The notes below the pieces were generated by a model. The model searched no databases, had not been told where the DNA came from, and worked only from the letters and a program-made list of their open reading frames with translations. A DNA stretch of 64,000 nucleotides from assembly GCA_043228905.1 (NCBI GenBank), contig JBHGNT010000076.1, positions 1 through 64,000 on the forward strand, read 5' to 3'. The position numbers and the translations under genes are program-made. Positions within the stretch are counted from its first letter, which is position 1. Each line of letters starts with the position of its first letter. This document shows positions 56,201 to 64,000 of this stretch, one piece after another. Source of the DNA: Azolla caroliniana (lineage: Eukaryota > Plantae > Polypodiophyta).

Positions 56201-57670
56201 ATTTTGAAACTCAGGTCGAGAGACATGACGAAATTAGCAAATTTGAGGAGTGAGTTGAGAGGAGCCCTTGAGTAAATGAAAATGTTCATACCTGGCTCGT
56301 GTGATATTGGATTTTTGTGTTCAAACATGCGATTCGAAGCTAACAACGCTAGCTATGATATGGAATTAAAAAATCAAGATTTTGAAACTCAGGTCGAGAG
56401 ACATGACGAAATTACCAAATTTGAGGAGTGAGTTGAGAAGAGCTAGTAGGTAAATGAAAATGTTCATACCTAGCTCGTGTGATATCGGATTTTTGTGTTC
56501 AAACATGCGAAACGAAGCTAACAATGCTAGATACGATATGGAATTAAAAAATCAAGATTTTGAAACTCAGGTCGAGAGACATGACGAAATTACCAAATTT
56601 GAGGAGTGAGTTGAGAAGAGCTAGTAGGTAAATTAAAATGTTCATACTTGGGTCGTGTGATATCAGATTTTTGTGTTCAAACATGCGATTCGAAGCTAAC
56701 AACGCTAGCTATGATATGGAATTAAAAAATCAAGATTTTGAAACTCAGGTCGAGGGACATGACGAAATTAGCAAATTTGAGGAGTGTGTTGAGAAGAGCT
56801 AGTAGGTAAATTAAAATGTTCATACCTGGCTCGTGTGATATCGGATTTTTGTGTTCAAACATGCGAAACGAAGGTAACAATGCTAGATACGATATGGAAT
56901 TAAAAAATCAAGATTTTGAAACTCAGGTCGAGAGACATGACGAAATTACCAAATTTGAGGAGTGAGTTGAGAAGAGCTAGTAGGTAAATGAAAATGTTCA
57001 TACCTAGCTCGTGTGATATCGGATTTTTGTGTTCAAACATGCGATTCGAAGCTAAGAACGCTAGCTATGATATGGAATTAAAAAATCAAGATTTTGAAAC
57101 TCAGGTCGAGAGACATGACGAAATTACCAAATTTGAGGAGTGAGTTGAGAAGAGCTAGTAGGTAAATTAAAATGTTCATACCTGGCTCGTGTGATATCGG
57201 ATTTTTGTGTTCAAACATGCGAAACGAAGCTAACATCGCTAGCTATGATATGAAATTAAAAAGTCAAGATTTTGAAACTCAGGTCGAGAGACATGACGAA
57301 ATTACCAAATTTGAGGAGTGAGTTGAGAAGAGCCCTTGAGTAAATGAAACTGTTCATACCTGGCTCGTGTGATATCGGATTTCTGTGTTCAAACATGCGA
57401 AACGAAGCTAACATCGCTAGCTATGATATGAAATTAAAAGATCAAGATTTTGAAACTCAGGTCGAGAGACATGACGAAAATACCAAATTTGAGTAGTGAG
57501 TTGAGAGGAGCCCTTGAGTAAATGAAAATGTTCATACCTGGCTCGTGTGATATCGGATTTTTGTGTTCAAACATGCGATTCGAAGCTAACAACGCTAGCT
57601 ATGATATGGAATTAAAAAATCAAGATTTTGAAACTCAGGTCGAGAGACATGATGAAATTAGCAAATTTGA
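53290..57670 (+). repeat. Block duplication of ~6-7 monomers, 18-monomer offset (3204 bp)
   Basis: GAGGGACA (53551/56755), GCTAAGAAC, GGATTTCTGT (54179/57383) and GAAAATACC recur at +3204. Boundaries approximate. Confidence 0.82.
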
Positions 57671-60600
57671 GGAGTGAGTGGAGAAGGGGCCGTGAGTAAA
57701 TGAAACTGTTCATACCTGGCTCGTGTGATATCGGATTTTTGTGTTCAAACATGCGAACCGAAGCTAACAACGCTAGCTATGATATGAAATTAAAAGATCA
57801 AGATTTTGAAACTCAGGTCGAGAGACATGACGAAATTACCAAATTTGAGTAGTGAGTTGAGGGGAGCCCTTGAGTAAATGAAAATGTTCATACCTGGCTC
57901 GTGTGATATCGGATTTTTGTGTTCAAACATGCGATTCGAAGCTAACAATGCTAGCTATGATATGGAATTAAAAAATCAAGATTTTGAAACTCAGGTCGAG
58001 AGACATGACGAAATTACCAAATTTGAGGAGTGAGTTGAAAAGAGCTAGTAGGTAAATTAAAATGTTCATACCTGGCTCGTGTGATATCGGATTTTTGTGT
58101 TCAAACATGCGAAACGAAGCTAACAACGCTAGCTATGATATGAGATTAAAAGATCAAGATTTTGAAACTCAGGTCGAGAGACATGACGAAATTACCAAAT
58201 TTGAGTAGTGAGTTGAGAGGAGCCCTTGAGTAAATGAAAATGTTCATACCTGGCTCGTGTGATATCGGATTTTTGTGTTCAAACATGCGAAACGAAGCTA
58301 ACAACGCTAGCTATGATATGAAATTGAAAGATCAAGATTTTAAAACTCAGGTCGAGAGACATTACCAAATTACCAAATTTGAGTAGTGAGTTGAGAGGAG
58401 CCCTTGAGTAAATGAAAATGTTCATACCTGGCTCGTGTGATATTGGATTTTTGTGTTCAAACATGCGATTCGAAGGTAACAACGCTAGCTATGATATGGA
58501 ATTAAAAAATCAAGATTTTGAAACTCAGGTCGAGAGACATGATGAAATTACCAAATTTGAGGAGTGAGTTGAGAAGAGCTAGTAGGTAAATTAAAATGTT
58601 CATACCTGGCTCTTGTGATATCCGATTTTTGTGTTCAAACATGCGAAACGAAGCTAACAATGCTAGATACGATATGGAATTAAAAAATCAAGATTTTGAA
58701 ACTCAGGTCGAGAGACATGACGAAATTACCAAATTTGAGGAGTGAGTTGAGAAGAGCTAGTAGGTAAATTAAAATGTTCATACTTGGTTCGTGTGATATC
58801 GGATTTTTGTGTTCAAACATGCGATTCGAAGCTAACAACGCTAGCTAGGATATGGAATTAAAAAATCAAGATTTTGAAACTCAGGTCGAGAGACATGATG
58901 AAATTACCAAATTTGAGGAGTGAGTTGAGAAGAGCTAGTAGCTAAATTAAAATGTTCATACTTGGGTCGTGTGATATCAGATTTTTGTGTTCAAACATGC
59001 GATTCGAAGCTAACAACGCTAGCTATGATATGGAACTAAAAAATCAAGATTTTAAAACTCAGGTCGAGGGACATGACGAAATTACCAAATTTGAGGAGTG
59101 TGTTGAGAAGAGCTAGTAGGTAAATTAAAATGTTCATACCTGGCTCGTGTGATATCGGATTTTTGTGTTCAAACATGCGAAACGAAGGTAACAATGCTAG
59201 ATACGATACGGAATTAAAAAATCAAGATTTTGAAACTCAGGTCGAGAGACATGACGAAATTACCAAATTTGAGGAGTGAGTTGAGAAGAGCTAGTAGGTA
59301 AATGAAAATGTTCATACCTACCTCGTGTGATATCGGATTTTTGTTTTCAAACATGCGAAACGAAGCTAACAATGCTAGATACGATGTGGAATTAAAAAAT
59401 CAAGATTTTGAAACTCAGGTCGAGAGACATGACGAAATTACCAAATTTGAGGAGTGAGTTGAGGGGAGCCCTTGAGTAAATGAAAATGTTCATACCTGGC
59501 TCGTGTGATATCGGATTTTTGTGTTCAAACATGCGATTCGAAGCTAACAACGCTAGCTATGATATGGAATTAAAAAATCAAGATTTTGAAACTCAGGTCG
59601 AGAGACATGATGAAATTAGCAAATTTGAGGAGTGAGTTGAGGGGAGCCCTTGAGTAAATGAAAATGTTCATACCTACCTCGTGTGATATCGGATTTTTGT
59701 TTTCAAACATGCGAAACGAAGCTAACAATGCTAGATACGATATGGAATTAAAAAATCAAGATTTTGAAACTCAGGTCGAGAGACATGACGAAATTACCAA
59801 ATTTGAGGAGTGAGTTGAGGGGAGCCCTTGAGTAAATGAAAATGTTCATACCTGGCTCGTGTGATATCGGATTTTTGTGTTCAAACATGCGATTCGAAGC
59901 TAACAACGCTAGCTATGATATGGAATTAAAAAATCAAGATTTTGAAACTCAGGTCGAGAGACATGATGAAATTAGCAAATTTGAGGAGTGAGTTGAGGGG
60001 AGCCCTTGAGTAAATGAAAATGTTCATACCTGGCTCGTGTGATATCGGATTTTTGTGTTCAAACATGCGATTCGAAGCTAACAACGCTAGCTATGATATG
60101 GAATTAAAAAATCAAGATTTTGAAACTCAGGTCGAGAGACATGACGAAATTACCAAATTTGAGGAGTGAGTTGAGAAGAGCTAGTAGGTAAATTAAAATG
60201 TTCATACCTGGCTCGTGTGATATCGGATTTTTGTGTTCAAACATGCGAAACGAAGCTAACATCGCTAGCTATGATATGAAATTAAAAAGTCAAGATTTTG
60301 AAACTCAGGTCGAGAGACATGACGAAATTAGCAAATTTGAGGAGTGAGTTGAGAGGAGCCCTTGAGTAAATGAAAATGTTCATACCTAGCTCGTGTGATA
60401 TCGGATTTTTGTGTTCAAACATGCGAAACGAAGCTAACAATGCTAGATACAATATGGAATTAAAAAATCAAGATTTTGAAACTCAGGTCGAGAGACATGA
60501 CGAAATTACCAAATTTGAGGAGTGAGTTGAGAAGAGCTAGTAGGTAAATGAAAATGTTCATACCTAGCTCGTGTGATATCGGATTTTTGTGTTCAAACAT

Positions 60601-62868
60601 GCGAAACGAAGCTAACAATGCTAGATACGATATGGAATTAAAAAATCAAGATTTTGAAACTCAGGTCGAGAGACATGACGAAATTAGCAAATTTGAGGAG
60701 TGAGTTGAGGGGAGCCCTTGAGTAAATGAAAATGTTCATACCTGGCTCGTGTGATATCGGATTTTTGTGTTCAAACATGCGATTCGAAGCTAACAACGCT
60801 AGCTATGATATGGAATTAAAAAATCAAGATTTTGAAACTCAGGTCGAGAGACATGATGAAATTAGCAAATTTGAGGAGTGAGTTGAGGGGAGCCCTTGAG
60901 TAAATGAAAATGTTCATACCTGGCTCGTGTGATATCGGATTTTTGTGTTCAAACATGCGATTCGAAGCTAACAACGCTAGCTATGATATGGAATTAAAAA
61001 ATCAAGATTTTGAAACTCAGGTCGAAAGACATGACGAAATTAGCAAATTTGAGGAGTGAGTTGAGAAGAGCTAGTAGGTAAATTAAAATGTTCATACCTG
61101 GCTCGTGTGATATCGGATTTTTGTGTTCAAACATGCGAAACGAAGCTAACATCGCTAGCTATGATATGAAATTAAAAAGTCAAGATTTTGAAACTCAGGT
61201 CGAGAGACATGATGAAATTAGCAAATTTGAGGAGTGAGTTCAGGGGAGCCCTTGAGTAAATGAAAATGTTCATACCTGGCTCGTGTGATATCGGATTTTT
61301 GTGTTCAAACATGCGATTCGAAGCTAACAACGCTAGCTATGATATGGAATTAAAAAATCAAGATTTTGAAACTCAGGTCGAGAGACATGACGAAATTAGC
61401 AAATTTGAGGAGTGAGTTGAGAAGAGCTAGTAGGTAAATTAAAATGTACATACCTGGCTCGTGTGATATCGGATTTTTGTGTTCAAACATGCGAAACGAA
61501 GCTAACATCGCTAGCTATGATATGAAATTAAAAAGTCAAGATTTTGAAACTCAGGTCGAGAGACATGACGAAATTAGCAAATTTGAGGAGTGAGTTGAGA
61601 GGAGCCCTTGAGTAAATGAAAATGTTCATACCTGGCTCGTGTGATATCGGATTTTTGTGTTCAAACATGCGATTCGAAGCTAACAACGCTAGCTATGATA
61701 TGGAATTAAAAAATCATGATTTTGAAACTCAGGTCGAGAGACATGACGAAATTACCAAATTTGAGGAGTGAGTTGAGAAGAGCTAGTAGGTAAATGAAAA
61801 TGTTCATACCTAGCTCGTGTGATATCGGATTTTTGTGTTCAAACATGCGAAACGAAGCTAACAATGCTAGATACGATATGGAATTAAAAAATCAAGATTT
61901 TGAAACTCAGGTCGAGAGACATGACGAAATTACCAAATTTGAGGAGTGAGTTGAGGGGAGCCCTTGAGTAAATGAAAATGTTCATACCTGGCTCGTGTGA
62001 TATCGGATTTTTGTGTTCAAACATGCGATTCGAAGCTAACAACGCTAGCTATGATATGGAATTAAAAAATCAAGATTTTGAAACTCAGGTCGAGAGACAT
62101 GACGAAAATACCAAATTTGAGTAGTGAGTTGAGAGGAGCCCTTGAGTAAATGAAAATGTTCATACCTGGCTCCTGTGATATCGGATTTTTGTGTTCAAAC
62201 ATGCGATTCGAAGCTAACAACGCTAGCTATGATATGGAATTAAAAAATCAAGATTTTGAAACTCAGGTCGAGAGACATGACGAAATTAGCAAATTTGAGG
62301 AGTGAGTTGAGAAGAGCTAGTAGGTAAATGAAAATGGTCATACCTAGCTCGTGTGATATCGGATTTTTGTGTTCAAACATGCGAAACGAAGCTAACAATG
62401 CTAGATACGATATGGAATTAAAAAATCAAGATTTTGAAACTCAGGTCGAGAGACATGACGAAATTACCAAATTTGAGGAGTGAGTTGAGAAGAGCTAGTA
62501 GGTAAATTAAAATGTTCATACTTGGGTCGTGTGATATCAGATTTTTGTGTTCAAACATGCGATTCGAAGCTAACAACGCTAGCTATGATATGGAATTAAA
62601 AAATCAAGATTTTGAAACTCAGGTCGAGGGACATGACGAAATTACCAAATTTGTGGAGTGAGTTGAGAAGAGCTAGTAGGTAAATTAAAATGTTCATACC
62701 TGGCTCGTGTGATATCGGATTTTTGTGTTCAAACATGCGAAACGAAGCTAACAACGCTAGCTATGATATGAAATTAAAAGATGAAGATTTTGAAACTCAG
62801 GTCGAGAGACATGACGAAATTACCAAATTTGAGTAGTGAGTTGAGAGGAGCCCTTGAGTAAATGAAAA

Positions 62869-63248
62869 TGGTCATACCTGGCTCGTGTGATATCGGATTT
62901 TTGTGTTCAAACATGCGAAACGAAGGTAACAATGCTAGATACGATATGGAATTAAAAAATCAAGATTTTGAAACTCAGGTCGAGAGACATGACCAAATTA
63001 CCAAATTTGAGGAGTGAGTTGAGAAGAGCTAGTAGGTAAATTAAAATGTTCATACTTGGTCATACCTGGCTCGTGTGATATCGGATATTTGTGTTCAAAC
63101 ATGCGAAACGAAGGTAACAATGCTAGATACGATATGGAATTAAAAAATCAAGATTTTGAAACTCAGGTCGAGAGACATGACCAAATTACCAAATTTGAGG
63201 AGTGAGTTGAGAAGAGCTAGTAGGTAAATTAAAATGTTCATACTTGGT
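62869..63248 (+). repeat. 188-bp direct tandem duplication bounded by TGGT microhomology (contains 188-bp monomer copy 4)
   Basis: TGGT at 62869, 63057 and 63245 (188-bp spacing). Both units carry GAAGGTAAC, GCTAGATACG and CATGACCAAATT; one difference seen (GGATTTTT vs GGATATTT). Confidence 0.9.
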
Positions 63249-63771
63249 TCGTGTGATATCGGATTTTTGTGTTCAAACATGCCAATCGAAGCTAACAACG
63301 CTAGCTATGATATGAAATTAAAAGATCAAGATTTTGAAACTCAGGTCGAGAGACATGACGAAATTACCAAATTTGAGGAGTGAGTTGAGAAGAGCTAGTA
63401 GGTAAATTAAAATGTTCATACCTGGCTCTTGTGATATCCGATTTTTGTGTTCAAACATGCGAAACGAAGCTAACAATGCTAGATACGATATGGAATTAAA
63501 AAATCAAGATTTTGAAACTCAGGTCGAGAGACATGACGAAATTACCAAATTTGAGGAGTGAGTTGAGAAGAGCTAGTAGGTAAATTAAAATGTTCATACC
63601 TGGGTCGTGTGATATCGGATTTTTGTGTTCAAACATGCGAAACGAAGCTAACAATGCTAGATACGATATGGAATTAAAAAATCAAGATTTTGAAACTCAG
63701 GTCGAGAGACATGACCAAATTACCAAATTTGAGGAGTGAGTTGAGAAGAGCTAGTAGGTAAATTAAAATGT

Positions 63772-63791
63772 TCATACTTGGTCATACCTGG
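63772..63791 (+). other. 188-bp variant monomer (copy 5 of 5)
   Basis: Same insertion; TGGT at 63779, 722 bp after copy 4. Confidence 0.95.
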
Positions 63792-64000
63792 CTCGTGTGA
63801 TATCGGATTTTTGTGTTCAAACATGTGAAACGAAGGTAACAATGCTAGATACGATATGGAATTAAAAAATCAAGATTTTGAAACTCAGGTCGAGAGACAT
63901 GACGAAATTACCAAATTTGAGGAGTGAGTTGAGAAGAGCTAGTAGGTAAATTAAAATGTTCATACCTGGCTCGTGTGATATCGGATTTTTGTGTTCAAAC

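Larger units (their letters stand above)
1..64000 (+). repeat. 178-bp tandem satellite array (359 full monomers + 47 bp), probable centromeric/pericentromeric satDNA; consensus AAATGTTCATACCTGGCTCGTGTGATATCGGATTTTTGTGTTCAAACATGCGATTCGAAGCTAACAACGCTAGCTATGATATGGAATTAAAAAATCAAGATTTTGAAACTCAGGTCGAGAGACATGACGAAATTACCAAATTTGAGGAGTGAGTTGAGAAGAGCTAGTAGGTAAATTA
   Basis: AAATG(T/G)TCAT recurs at 1, 179, 5341 (30x178+1), 10681, 16021, 21361. The last monomer start is 63954 = 1 + 359x178 + 51 bp of identified insertions. Head-to-tail throughout. The centromeric role is inferred from monomer size and array homogeneity only. Confidence 0.99.

Noticed and set aside
1-64000. CRISPR array or repeat-spacer/cassette system
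   Set aside because: There are no unique spacers. The whole 178-bp unit is repeated and the variable positions are shared alleles; no cas, integrase or recombinase gene is present.
1-64000. Embedded centrophilic retrotransposon, inversion, telomeric repeat or rDNA/5S/tRNA unit
   Set aside because: The 178-bp phase is fully accounted for end to end, leaving no room for insertions. No strand switch, TTTAGGG/TTAGGG runs or structured-RNA motifs were seen.
1-64000. A/B monomer order as an information-bearing code or strict dimeric HOR
   Set aside because: The order is irregular, with long A runs and B runs, and is adequately explained by the block duplications described.

Overview
The whole 64-kb window is one uninterrupted, single-orientation tandem array of a 178-bp satellite (about 36-37% GC by hand count of the consensus). 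It holds 359 complete monomers plus a 47-bp partial one. It looks like eukaryotic centromeric or pericentromeric, possibly plant, satellite DNA; I cannot name the species or family from memory. I see no genes, RNA genes, transposons, CRISPR arrays, inversions or unique sequence, and the listed ORFs are chance readings of the monomer. Phase tracking (monomer starts at 1, 5341, 10681, 16021, 21361, 26702, 42742, 48092, 63954) is fully explained by six indels: one +1 A near 24881 and five +10-bp insertions giving 188-bp monomers. The interesting signal is the array's mutational history. It includes an apparently preserved birth site of the 188-bp variant (a TGGT-microhomology tandem duplication at 62869-63248). 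It also shows many in-register block duplications of varying size rather than one fixed HOR, two linked junction haplotypes, a divergent relic monomer, a probable micro gene-conversion patch, a possible templated 8-bp repeat perfection, and CpG-transition-biased variants. I found no novel protein-coding system.
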